Shown one piece after another: positions 1 through 13,901 of a stretch of DNA of 64,000 nucleotides. The translations under genes and the position numbers were made by a program. The notes beneath the pieces are model-generated. The model saw only the letters and a list, made by a program, of their open reading frames with translations, did no database searches and was not told the DNA's origin. Source of the DNA: an uncultured Actinomycetota bacterium (GTDB lineage: Bacteria; Actinomycetota; Actinomycetes; Actinomycetales; Microbacteriaceae); the NCBI GenBank assembly GCA_963764435.1, contig CAVXSL010000012.1:73079-137078 (forward strand). Direction: 5' to 3'. Each line of letters starts with the position of its first letter. The stretch's first letter is position 1.

Positions 1-195
1 CCCGAGGATCCACGGGATGTTCTCGAGCCTCGTCGAGAGGAACACCGTGACGACGGCGATGAGCGCACCCGCGGCCCCGATCAGGTTGCCGCGGCGGGCC
101 GTCTTCGGCGAGCTCAGGCCCTTGAGGGCGAGGATGAAGCAGACGGCGGAGAGGAGGTAGAGGATGGCGGTCCACGTGGGGGACAGGAGCGTCAT
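1..195 (-). CDS. pntB: NAD(P) transhydrogenase subunit beta, N-terminal fragment (runs off window start)
   Basis: Minus-strand ATG at 195. Hand translation MTLLSPTWTAILYLLSAVCFILALKGLSSPKTARRGNLIGAAG... is a typical PntB N-terminal TM segment. Directly follows pntAA/pntAB. Absent from the ORF track because it is open at the window edge. Confidence 0.8.
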   Translation of the reverse strand, partial: MTLLSPTWTAILYLLSAVCFILALKGLSSPKTARRGNLIGAAGALIAVVTVFLSTRLENIPWILG

Positions 196-526
196 CGACC
201 GGCCTCCTTCGAGTCGCGGCGGCGGCGGCACCGGATGCCGCGGGCTTCGGCCTGCGACCACTGAACATCTCGAGCATGCGATCGGTGACCAGGAACCCGC
301 CGACCAGGTTCGCGGTGGCGAGCACGACCGCGACGAGCCCGATGACGAGGAGCCATACGTCGGTCGCCTCGCCGGCGACGATGATCGCGCCGATCAGGAT
401 GATCCCGTGGATGGCGTTCGCCCCCGACATCAGCGGAGTGTGCAGGGTGCTCGACACCTTCGAGACCACCTCGAAGCCCACGAACACCGCGAGCACGGTG
501 ATGGTGAGCAGGGCGACTGCGTCCAT
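192..526 (-). CDS. pntAB: NAD(P) transhydrogenase subunit alpha part 2 (small membrane subunit); C-terminal tail lacks an in-frame stop as sequenced
   Basis: ATG at 526 overlaps the pntAA stop (ATGA). Hand translation MDAVALLTITVLAVFVGFEVVSKVSSTLHTPLMSGANAIHGIILIGAIIVAG...GGFLVTDRMLEMF matches the PntAB pattern. The only stop that fits (TGA 194..192, overlapping the pntB ATG) is in another frame. Confidence 0.75.
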
Positions 527-1749
527 CAGCGGGTTCCTTCCTCTTCGTCCGTTCGTGCCGGTTGCGGATCGCTCGATGGAGCCGGACGCGTCTCGGTACC
601 AGCGTCATCGAGCGCCGCCAGCGCCTCGGCGGTGGGCGGATGCCGCACCTCCCCGCCGCGCGTGAGACACGTGTCCATCACGACCACGTCCCCGAAGTCG
701 GGTTCCACCGATCCGTCGTGGGTCATCAGGGCGAGCAGGTTGGCGACGTTCTTGGCATAGAGGCGGGACGCGTCGGTCGGCATCGTCGAGGCGGCATCCC
801 GCATGCCGACCACGGTGACCGTGCCGCCGCCGTCGGCCGTCGGCACCGCGACATCCGAACCCGGCACCGAGCCCTCGACGTTGCCGCCCGACTCCGCGGC
901 GAGGTCGACCACCACCGAGCCGCGACGCATCGCACGAACCATGTCGGCCGTGACGAGCAGTGGCGCCGGCCGGCCCGGGATGGCCGCCGTCGTGATGAGC
1001 ACGTCGGCGTCTGCGACGTGCGGGGCGAGCAGTTGCCGCTGCCGGGCCGCGCGGTCGGCGCCGAGCTCCTTCGCGTAGCCGCCGGCAGCGTCGGCGGCAT
1101 CGAGGTCGAGGAGGATGAACGTGCCGCCCATCGACTGCACCTCGTCAGCGGATGCCGCGCGTATGTCGTTGGCCGAGACTCGCGCGCCGAGGCGCTTCGC
1201 CGTGCCGATGGCCTGCAGCCCTGCAACACCCGCCCCGAGCACGAGCACCTTCGCCGGGGGGATCGTGCCGGCCGCCGTCATGAAGAGCGGGAAGAACCGG
1301 GGCAGGCGCATGGCCGCCTCGAGTACGCACCGGTATCCGGCCACGAGTGCCTGGCTCGTGAGCGCGTCCATCGACTGCGCACGTGAGATGCGGGGAACGA
1401 GTTCGAGGGCGAACGCCGTGACGCCCGCGTCGCGAAGCGCCCGCACGGTCGGAAGCTCCGTCCCCGGCGACGCGAGCCCCACCGTGATAGCGCCACGGCG
1501 GAGGCGAGCCGGGGTCTCGGGGTCGAGCGGGCGCACGTGCAGCAGCACGTCGAGGTCACCGAGCTCGAGCGCGTCGACGATGGTCCCGCCGGCCTGTTCG
1601 TATGCCGCATCCGAATATCCGGATGCCTCGCCGGCGTCGTGCTCGACGAGCAACTCCAATCCGAGACCCTCCAGTTGGCGCACGGTCTCGGGGGTGGCGG
1701 CCACCCTCCGCTCGCCGCTTCGGCGCTCTCTCGCGATGCCGACCCTCAC
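526..1749 (-). CDS. pntAA: NAD(P) transhydrogenase subunit alpha part 1 (dI, alanine-dehydrogenase-like)
   Basis: ORF 526..1932. The conserved part starts VRVGIARERRSGERRVAATPETV at GTG 1749. Rossmann motif VLVLGAGVAGLQAIGTAKRLGA. The start is chosen by conservation, so it is uncertain. Confidence 0.85.
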   Translation of the reverse strand: MRVGIARERRSGERRVAATPETVRQLEGLGLELLVEHDAGEASGYSDAAYEQAGGTIVDALELGDLDVLLHVRPLDPETPARLRRGAITVGLASPGTELPTVRALRDAGVTAFALELVPRISRAQSMDALTSQALVAGYRCVLEAAMRLPRFFPLFMTAAGTIPPAKVLVLGAGVAGLQAIGTAKRLGARVSANDIRAASADEVQSMGGTFILLDLDAADAAGGYAKELGADRAARQRQLLAPHVADADVLITTAAIPGRPAPLLVTADMVRAMRRGSVVVDLAAESGGNVEGSVPGSDVAVPTADGGGTVTVVGMRDAASTMPTDASRLYAKNVANLLALMTHDGSVEPDFGDVVVMDTCLTRGGEVRHPPTAEALAALDDAGTETRPAPSSDPQPARTDEEEGTR

Positions 1750-2038
1750 AGGCGCTCCTCTCACACCGGAGTGCAGCGGCGCCGGGGATCGGGAGTCCCG
1801 CACGGCGGCCCTGCTGCACGTGTCGTTCACTGTACGTGCCGTCGTGGCATTCGAGCCACGGTTCGTCTCGATCGGCTGGGAAAGTTCGCGGGTTCCTTCA
1901 CCCCGCGGAACATGCGCGCGTGTCGATGACATCGCCGACCACGTCGGCGGATCCTGGCGCGCCGCTCGGTGACACCGACCTCCTCGACCTACGTGCTGAC
2001 TTGTATGCGGTACCCGGGTACAGGTTTACCGTGGACTC

Positions 2039-2386
2039 ATGACCTCCGAAACCTTCGACTGGGCGCCCGTTTCCTGCACCCTGCCGACCGTCGAGAGACC
2101 GCTCCGTGAGAAGGAGTTCGCCACGCTCTTCACCTCCTCGTTGACGGGTGTGGAGCGTGTGTCACCGGTCACCGCTCGGCTCGTGCTCGCACCTGAGAGC
2201 GCTGAGCAGGCTCGCGACCTTGCTGCACGAGAATCCGACTGCTGTTCGTTCTTCACCTTCGAGGTCCACGCGGCCGACTCTGAGCTGGTGATGTCGATCA
2301 CGGTTCCGGCAATTCAGATTCCCGTGCTCGATGCGCTCGCGGACTTCGCGCGTCGGGCAGCTGGGTTGGACGCTCCACGCTCATGA
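2039..2386 (+). CDS. Small hypothetical protein with a Cys-Cys motif (ESDCCSFFTF), translationally coupled to a MerR regulator
   Basis: ORF 2039..2386 with a 4-nt ATGA overlap onto the next gene. From memory, the CCSF(F/L) motif marks small actinobacterial proteins found next to MerR/ArsR-type regulators. Function unknown. Confidence 0.6.
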   Translation: MTSETFDWAPVSCTLPTVERPLREKEFATLFTSSLTGVERVSPVTARLVLAPESAEQARDLAARESDCCSFFTFEVHAADSELVMSITVPAIQIPVLDALADFARRAAGLDAPRS

Positions 2387-2805
2387 GCCTTCGAGCCGGG
2401 GAGGTCGCCTCCCGTGCGGGCGTCAACCTGCAGACGCTCCGCTACTACGAACGGCGTGGGATCCTCGCTGCGCCTGATCGAAGCCTGGGCGGGCATCGAC
2501 AGTACGACGAGGACACGGTGCTGCTGCTCCGGGTGATCAAGGCCGCCCAAAGTCTCGGATTCACCCTCGATGAAGTCAACGAGCTTGTCGACGCCGGCTC
2601 CCACGCCCACCGGCGTCGAGCGAACCTCGCGGATCACGCGCGGGCGAAACTGATGCAGGTACGCGCGAAGATCGCTGGGCTGCAGCAGATCGAGGCAACC
2701 CTCGAGCAGATGATCGATGCCGGCTGCGACGATCTCAGCGTCTGCGCGTTGGAGGAGAACTGTCCCGTCCCGTTCCAGTCCATCGCCACGGCGGATCCCG
2801 TGTGA
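2383..2805 (+). CDS. MerR-family transcriptional regulator with a C-terminal three-Cys cluster
   Basis: N-terminal HTH (EVASRAGVNLQTLRYYERRGIL), a coiled-coil, then GCDDLSVCALEENCP. Confidence 0.85.
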   Translation: MSLRAGEVASRAGVNLQTLRYYERRGILAAPDRSLGGHRQYDEDTVLLLRVIKAAQSLGFTLDEVNELVDAGSHAHRRRANLADHARAKLMQVRAKIAGLQQIEATLEQMIDAGCDDLSVCALEENCPVPFQSIATADPV

Positions 2806-2838
2806 GCATGCGCTCGGCGAGCAGGGCGGCTGGCGGCA

Positions 2839-4100
2839 GTGGACGAGGCGAACCTCGTGCTCGACCATGTCGGCCAGGTCAACGTGTTCCTCGTCGCCGG
2901 CCTGCTCCAGCCGGGCGGATTCGTCGGCCGCGACGGCCGCATCGACCTTGCGACCCTGCGCGCCGTCCTTCACGAGCGCATCGCGGCGCTACCGCCGCTT
3001 CGCCGGGCCCCGGTCGCCGTCGGGCGCCGGCATCGCTGGGTGGAGATGTCACCTGACCTCGAACGGCACATCCGGCTCATCGATTCCGTCGACGGGCTCG
3101 ACGGCCTCGAGCGCAGATGCGCGGAGCTCATGAGCGTTCCCCTGGCCCTGGACCGCCCTCCGTGGGAGCTCCTCATCGTGCCGGGTGCGAGCGCCGGACG
3201 GTCGGGGTTCGTGCTCCGCATCCACCATGTCATCGCCGACGGAATGACGGCGGTCGCGATCGTGCAGCAGCTCTTCGATGCAAACACAGCGGATGCCGCG
3301 CCCGCCGTTTCGCCGGCCGCTCCCCTCACGAGCCCGGCGTCACCGCCGACCGTCGCCGCCACCACGAGAGCCACCTGACGCGCATCCTCGGGAAGGTCGG
3401 CTTCGGCCTCCGGCGCATCCTCACCACGCTCGTCGGCCGCGGGATCGGCCCCACAGTGCTGCTCGGCGAGCGCAGCCCGCATCACGGGGTCGCATTCGTG
3501 GACGCCGACCTCGCGGCGCTCGAGGCGCGCGTGCGGCCCCTCGGGGCGACAGTGAACGATGCGCTGCTCGCCGCCGTCGGTGCTGGGTACGTTGCGGCCC
3601 TGTCGGCCGCCGGGGAACAACGCCCCGCCGGGTTTCCCGTCTCGGTGCCGGTCGCCCTCCGACGGCGGGGAACTTCGGCCAACCAGGTCGGCGGCATGCT
3701 CGTTCGGCTGCCGCTCGATGAGCCGGAGCCGGACGTGCGCCTGCGACTCATCGCGGCGCGCACCCGCACGGAGAAGGTACGCGCACGCGAGCAGGGCACG
3801 TTCGAGTTCATGCGGGGCCCCGTCGGCGCTCGCGTCATGGACCGCATCGGTCGCCGGCAACATGTCGTCGCCGGGTTCGTGACCAACGTGCCCGGCCCGA
3901 CCGGCCGGCTCCGCCTCGCCGGCGCCCCGGTCGTGGCGATCTGGCCGGTCTCCATCCTTGCAGCCAACGTCCGCCTCGGCGTCGCCGCAGTGTCCTACGC
4001 CGGCAGGCTACGGTGCGGCATCCACTTCGACGAGGCGAATGTGCCCGGCGCCGTTTTCGCGAACGCCATGAGGGAGGAGCTGACGCGCCTGGCCGGCTGA
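2839..4100 (+). pseudogene. Wax ester synthase/diacylglycerol acyltransferase (WS/DGAT), split over two frames as sequenced
   Basis: N-terminal half is ORF 2839..3378 with the catalytic HHVIADG (HHxxxDG) motif. C-terminal half is the frame of ORF 3117..4100 with the NVPGP motif. The frame change lies somewhere in about 3290..3378. Confidence 0.7.
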
Positions 4101-4197
4101 TCAGCGGCGCGCGGATGTCATCCGTCGACCTGTCCGTGGGGTGTCGAACTCGGCGCCGCGGATCCGACCCACTGGTGACACTCCCGGAGGAGGAACC

Positions 4198-4512
4198 ATG
4201 ATGGGAACGATGAGCACCACGCCGGAGCGCACCGGAGCCGGACCCGTCGACGTCTCGTTCGACGCCGTGCTGGAACGGAGTCCGGCACAGGGCGGCTGGA
4301 CGTACGTGATCTGGCCGCGGTCGGTCGAGTACTTCGGCACGCGAGGACTCGTGAAGGTGGAGGGCACGGTCGACGGAGTCCCGTTCCAGGGCTCGTTCAT
4401 GGCGCTCGGCGATGGACGCCACAAGCTCGCGGTCACGGCGAAGGTGCGTCGGGCCATCGGCAAGGACGAGGGCGACTCCGTGCGCGTGCACCTCACCGCC
4501 CGGCGCGGGTGA
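4198..4512 (+). CDS. DUF1905-family protein
   Basis: ORF 4141..4512. GGAGGAGG lies 6 nt before ATG 4198. Pattern GGWTYVIWP...[33 protein letters not shown]. Confidence 0.7.
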   Translation: MMGTMSTTPERTGAGPVDVSFDAVLERSPAQGGWTYVIWPRSVEYFGTRGLVKVEGTVDGVPFQGSFMALGDGRHKLAVTAKVRRAIGKDEGDSVRVHLTARRG

Positions 4513-4595
4513 GCGCGCGGCGGCCCAAGTGCCGAACAGATGTGCCCTGACGATCGCTGGGTCGCACGGCTGGCTATCGCGGCCTGCCACCAGCG

Positions 4596-5450
4596 CTACC
4601 CCATGAGCGAGGCGGCGAGGTCCGTCTTCTGGCCCGTTCTCCGGGCGGCGCGACCGAGGATGAGCGCCATCACGCCGAGCACCACGAGCGTGAGCAGAAG
4701 CATCGCCGTCGACACCGCGGCGATGTCGGGGCGCAGGGTCGACCGCAACGAGGAGAACACGTACACGGGCCACGGAGTGGACCCCGCGACCGACACGAAG
4801 CTCGACAGCACGGTGTTGTCGAGGCTCAGGGTGAACGAGAGCAGCGCACCTGAGATCACGGCGGGGCGGATGAGCGGGAAGGTCACGTCGAGGAAGCGAC
4901 GGACCGGCGGTGCGCCGAGGTCGGCGGCCGCCTCCTCGAGCGACTCGTTCATGCCGGCCATCCGTGCGCGCACGATGAAGGTGACGACCGCGGCGGCGAA
5001 GAGCGAGTGCGCGATCACGAGCCGCACGATGCCGAGGTTGAAGACACTGAGCCGCCAGGTCGTGCCGAGGTCGACGAACCAGGGCAGCAACGAGATCGCG
5101 TTCACGATCTCGGGCGTCACCATCACGAGGCCGAGGAGCGCAGTGAGCCAAACCGCCCAACGGCCGGCGTACCGCGCGAGGGCGACGCCCGCGAGCGAGC
5201 CGAGGATCGCCGAGACCGCCGCGCAGCCGGCGGCGACGCCAAGCGACACCTGCACCGCGGAGACGATCGCCGGATTGCTGGCGGCATTGACATATGCGTC
5301 GAACCCGAAGCCCTGCCACGACTGCAACTGACGGCCGTCGTTGAACGAATACACGACGATCACGGTCACGGGGAGGAAGAGGAACGCGAGACCGAGGAGG
5401 CCCCAGATCGTGAGGAGGGTGTTCCCGAGTTGCGGACGACGAGCGGTCAT
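4596..5450 (-). CDS. ABC transporter permease (PotC-like, polyamine type)
   Basis: Start MTARRPQLGNTLLTIWG at ATG 5450, overlapping the upstream permease stop (ATGA). Multi-TM with an EAA-like loop (ESLEEAAADLGAPPVRRF). Confidence 0.85.
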   Translation of the reverse strand: MTARRPQLGNTLLTIWGLLGLAFLFLPVTVIVVYSFNDGRQLQSWQGFGFDAYVNAASNPAIVSAVQVSLGVAAGCAAVSAILGSLAGVALARYAGRWAVWLTALLGLVMVTPEIVNAISLLPWFVDLGTTWRLSVFNLGIVRLVIAHSLFAAAVVTFIVRARMAGMNESLEEAAADLGAPPVRRFLDVTFPLIRPAVISGALLSFTLSLDNTVLSSFVSVAGSTPWPVYVFSSLRSTLRPDIAAVSTAMLLLTLVVLGVMALILGRAARRTGQKTDLAASLMG

Positions 5451-6394
5451 GCTCCGGCTCCCTGGTGTTCGTGGAGGGGGATGGCGCCCGCGCGGCGGAT
5501 GATCGCGCCGACGGCGAGGAAGATGAGGCGGAAGGCGATCACGACCGCGAGGATCGCGAGCATCAGGATGATCGCCATGGCAGAGCCCAATGCCCAGTTC
5601 TGCGCGCGCTGGAACTGCCCGGCCACCATCTGGCCGACCATGCTGCCGGCCGCGCCGCCGAGCACGGTGGGCGTGATGTAGTCGCCCATGAGCGGCACGA
5701 AGACGAGCAGCGCTCCGGCCCCGATGCCCGGGAGCGAGAGTGGCAGTGTCACCCGCCGGAACGACTCCCACGCATTCGCGCCGAGGTCACGGCTCGCCTC
5801 GAGCAGCCGGAGGTCGAGTCGTTCGAGCGAGACGTACAGCGGCAGGATCATCAGCGGCAGGTAGTTGTAGACGACCCCGAGCTGCACCGCGAACGGGGTG
5901 TACAGCACCTGGAGCGGGCCGCCGATGAGGCCGGTGTCCTGCAGGAAGTGCGAGAGGAATCCCTCGGGGCTGAGCGTGATCTGCCAGCCGATCGTGCGCA
6001 CGAGGAAGTTGGTCCAGTACGGGATCATGATCGCCGCGAGCACGACGGTGCGCCAGCGCGGCGAGAGCTTCACCGCCATCCAGTATGCGATCGGGAAGGC
6101 GACGAGGAGGCAGATCACCGTGCCGACGATCGCGATGCGCAAGGTGCGCACGAACGTCTGCAGGAAGGCCGGGTCCAGTGCCTCGACGTAGCGAGCGAAC
6201 GTGAAGACGTCGTTCGAGTGCGTCACGTACAGGCTCGGCTTCTCGCCGAAGCTGTACCAGAGGATGAGCGCGAACGGCAGCACGAAGAAGAACACGAGCC
6301 ACGCACCCAACGGCAGGGCGAGGAAGGCGGCGTTCCACCGCCAGCCCCGCACCCGGGGGATCGCCGGCGCCGCCGCCTGGACCTCGGCCGTCAC
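5447..6394 (-). CDS. ABC transporter permease (PotB-like)
   Basis: Lower part of the composite ORF 5447..8803. GTG 6394 lies just after the binding-protein stop. LEASRDLGANAWESFRRVTLP loop. Start uncertain. Confidence 0.8.
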   Translation of the reverse strand: MTAEVQAAAPAIPRVRGWRWNAAFLALPLGAWLVFFFVLPFALILWYSFGEKPSLYVTHSNDVFTFARYVEALDPAFLQTFVRTLRIAIVGTVICLLVAFPIAYWMAVKLSPRWRTVVLAAIMIPYWTNFLVRTIGWQITLSPEGFLSHFLQDTGLIGGPLQVLYTPFAVQLGVVYNYLPLMILPLYVSLERLDLRLLEASRDLGANAWESFRRVTLPLSLPGIGAGALLVFVPLMGDYITPTVLGGAAGSMVGQMVAGQFQRAQNWALGSAMAIILMLAILAVVIAFRLIFLAVGAIIRRAGAIPLHEHQGAGA

Positions 6395-6399
6395 CGCGG

Positions 6400-7534
6400 C
6401 TAGCCCGCCGCGGCGGTGAGCTCGTCGTAGATGTCGACGAGTTCCTGCTCGGCATCGGTCAGCTCGGCGAACGCGAGCTTGCCGAGCTGCTCGGGCGTGA
6501 AGAAGATGAGCTCGGGCAGCTCCACACCGGCCTCGCGCGCCGTGGACTCGATGCCCGTGAGACCCGTGTTGTAGCCGATGTACTCGAGTTCGCGCAGCGA
6601 GGTCTCGGGGTCGAGCACGTAGTTGATGAACTCGTGCGCGGCATCCGCGTTCGGCGCACCCTTCACGATCGCCCAGTTGTCCTGCCAGAGGTTGCCGCCC
6701 TCGGAAGGCGTGACGTACCTGTAGCGGGCCGGGTCGCTGTTGCCGAGGATGCCCTGGCGTCGCGTCGCCGTTCCACGCCATGGCGAGGGCGCGACCGCTC
6801 TGCGAGACCGTCGTTCCGACGTACGACTCGAAGGCCTGCACGTGGGGCGCGATCGTGCCCGTGATGAACTCGCGGTACGCGGCGAGATCGGCCTCGTCGG
6901 TGGTGTTCGGCGCCATGCCGTTCGCGAAGAAGTAGGCGATCGCGATCTCGCCCGGGTCCTCCACGAGCGAGAAGCTGCCGCTCGCCTCCTTCTGCGCGGC
7001 ATCCCAGAAGTCCACCCAGCTCGTGAGCTCACGGGTGATCACGGTCGTGTCGTAGACGAACCCGGTCGAACCCCACGCCTTCGGCACGCTGTACGCGTTG
7101 CCCGGGTCGAAGGCCTGGTCGACCAAGGCCGGGTCGAGGTGCTTCATGTTCGGCAGCTTCGACTGGTCGAGCGGCTCCAGCAGGTCGCTCGCCGCCATCT
7201 GCTGGATGTACTGGTGCGTCGGGACGCAGATGTCGTACCCGCTCGTGCCCGCAGCGCTCACGAGCTTCGCGATCATCTCCTGGTTCGAACCGTACGCGTC
7301 GATCGTGATCTTGGGTCCGGATGCCGCGGTGAAGTCGGTGAGCACCTCGGGGTCGTCGTACTCGCCCCACGTGTAGATGTTGAGGCCGCCTGCGGCGCTC
7401 CCGCTCGCGGCCGGCGCGCACGCCGCGAGGAACGCCGTCACGCCGACGCTGAGGGTGCCGCCGAGGAACGCGCGCCGGGAGAGCCCTTTCGCCATCGAGG
7501 CGGGCAGGAGGATGCGGATCTTGTCGTCGCTCAT
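6400..7534 (-). pseudogene. Polyamine-type ABC substrate-binding lipoprotein (PotD-like), frameshifted as sequenced
   Basis: ATG 7534; Tat/lipobox-like signal SRRAFLGGTLSVGVTAFLAAC. The protein runs in the frame of ORF 5447..8803 up to ...ALAMAWNGDA and continues RRQGILGNSDPARYRYVTPSEGGNLWQDNWAI... in ORF 6400..7032. Shift at about 6768..6776 inside GACGCGACGC. Confidence 0.75.
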
Positions 7535-7602
7535 GGCTGTGTGTCGCTTTCTGCGGTGGTGCGCCGCGATGGGGGAAGGTGGACGGGTGCTCTGGGGACG
7601 GA

Positions 7603-8728
7603 TCAGGCCGACGGGGTAGCCGGATAGACGTGGACGTCGGAGGCCGCCCAGGTCGCGTAGACGGTCGCGCCGATCGTCGCGGGAATGGCGAGTTCCCGAC
7701 CGGAACGGGCCACGACCTTGAGCCCTTCTTCGGTGAGCAGCACGATCTGGAGCGTGGCGCCGACCTGGCTGATGCTCATGAGGGTGCACGCGAGCAGGTT
7801 CGGCTTGGGCGGCGAGACGGCGTCGTCCGGGGCTGTGGCGCTGAGCGACAACTTCTCGGGACGCACGGCGAGCACGGCGGTGCCGCCGGGGGTCGCACCG
7901 TCGGCGGTCGCGGTCGATGCGATGAGCCCGCCGGGCACGGAGATCGTCGTGCCCGAGGCATCCGCTCGCTCGACCTGTCCGCGGAAGAAGTTCTGCTGCC
8001 CGATGAAGCCTGCGACGAACTCCGTCGCCGGGCGGTCGTACACGTCGCTCGGCACGCCGATCTGCTCGATGCGTCCGCCGTTCATGACGGCGATCCGATC
8101 GCTCATGCTCATCGCCTCCTCCTGGTCGTGCGTGACGAACACGAAGGTCGTGCCGAGCTGCTGCTGCAGGAGCTTCAGCTCGATCTGCGTGTCCTCGCGG
8201 AGCTTGCGGTCGAGCGCCGACATGGGCTCGTCGAGAAGAAGCACGGCCGGGCGGTTCACGAGGGCGCGCGCGAGCGCGACGCGCTGCTGCTGCCCGCCCG
8301 AGAGCTGCGCAGGCGTGCGCTCCTCGAAGCCCTTCATCTGGACCATTGCGAGCGCCTCGGCGACCCGGGCCGGCCACCTCGGCCTTCGGCACCTTCGCGT
8401 ACTTGAGCCCGTAGGCCACGTTGTGCGCGACCGACATGTGCGGGAAGAGCGCGTACGCCTGGAACACGGTGTTCACCGGGCGCTTGTGCGGCGGGAGCTT
8501 CCCGATCGGTCGACCGGAGATCGCGATCGACCCCGCGTCGGCGTACTCGAAGCCGCCGATCATGCGCAGCGTCGTGGTCTTGCCGCACCCGGATGGACCG
8601 AGCAGCGAGATGAACTCACCGGGCGCCACGTCGAGATCGAGGTCGCGCACCGCGTGGCTCTTGCCATAGACCTTCGAGATGCCGGAGAGCTCGACGCCGC
8701 CTGGCGGGGTCTTCGTGGGGGTGATCAT
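7603..8728 (-). pseudogene. ABC transporter ATP-binding protein (PotA-like), frameshifted as sequenced
   Basis: ATG 8728; Walker [10 protein letters not shown]. The N-terminal frame ends its sensible run at ...[10 protein letters not shown]. The continuation [29 protein letters not shown] (signature, Walker B LLLDEP) is in ORF 7603..8346. Shift at about 8364..8376 in the run GGCCGGCCCGGG. Confidence 0.75.
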
Positions 8729-8878
8729 GCGGGCGGGTCCTGTCGGGTCTCTGTGGGCTGGTTCGAAACTAGAGCGGGGCTTCGAACTCGGCCAACTTCG
8801 CACGGGATGTTTTACACAATGGAAACGGTTGTGATCGGCTGCACTTTCAACGGAATGACTCGCGGATCACGGATTCCG

Positions 8879-13281
<4,403 letters not shown>

Positions 13282-13415
13282 CCATGACCTCCGATTCGGC
13301 TGCGCCGGCTGTGTGCGAGCGTCCGCACTTCAGTGTGGCCGGAGCCTCCGACACGGGGCTCTCCGACCCGGCAGGGACCGGCTGATCGAGGACGCTGCTT
13401 CACGATATGGAAGCC

Positions 13416-13626
13416 TCGTCCACAGCACAACCCAGCCTGTGGATAACTCTGGGGAGAGACTGCGCGAAACGCCGCAGAATGTGTGCATTCCACCTGTGGA
13501 CAACTGTGGAAATGTGGGGAATCACAAGCATGTAATTCTGGGTTGACCGGGCATTTCCAGTTTCCACACCTGTGTGGGAAAAGTTCTTCAGCCGTCCCCG
13601 GATGCCCCGTGCCGACCTGTGCACAA
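13416..13626. promoter_or_regulatory. DnaA-box cluster in the rplI-dnaB spacer
   Basis: Perfect boxes: TGTGGATAA 13438..13446 (rc TTATCCACA) and TGTGGACAA 13495..13503 (rc TTGTCCACA). 8/9 boxes: TCGTCCACA 13416..13424 and TGTGCACAA 13618..13626. 7/9 boxes at 13505..13513, 13513..13521, 13560..13568 and 13573..13581. Confidence 0.6.
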
Positions 13627-13901
13627 CCATCACAGGAAACTCATGGCAATCCCTTGCGGGCAGGCTCGGACGGGTGTAGACCGGTGCAGTCGGAGCCGGC
13701 GATCCCCACCCGTCGATGGAGACGGATGGGTCGCATGATCGCGCCTGACAAGTGGCTTCCGACGACGCTCCATCCATCCGCGGAATCACGTCGCCGATGC
13801 CGGCACGAAGCCCGACACGAGACCCGACTGATTCAGGCGCGCAGCATGAGACGGCGGCCCGGGCCGAAGCCCGAGCCGCCGTCCGCGACTTCGGTCGCGA
13901 A

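Noticed and set aside
3835-5319. 494-aa minus-strand ORF
   Set aside because: It runs antisense to WS/DGAT, the DUF1905 gene and a permease, and is Arg-rich nonsense. The other long antisense ORFs (for example 18640..19968, 19635..21212, 40759..42357, 38216..39259, 22891..23958 and 56220..57950) are rejected for the same reason.
5447-8803. 1118-aa ORF that looks like a giant ATPase-binding protein-permease fusion
   Set aside because: It is a composite. Only its ends and middle make sense, and long Arg/Ala-rich nonsense stretches separate them. The real genes are four separate ABC components, two of which switch frame. Open frames persist because of the high GC content.
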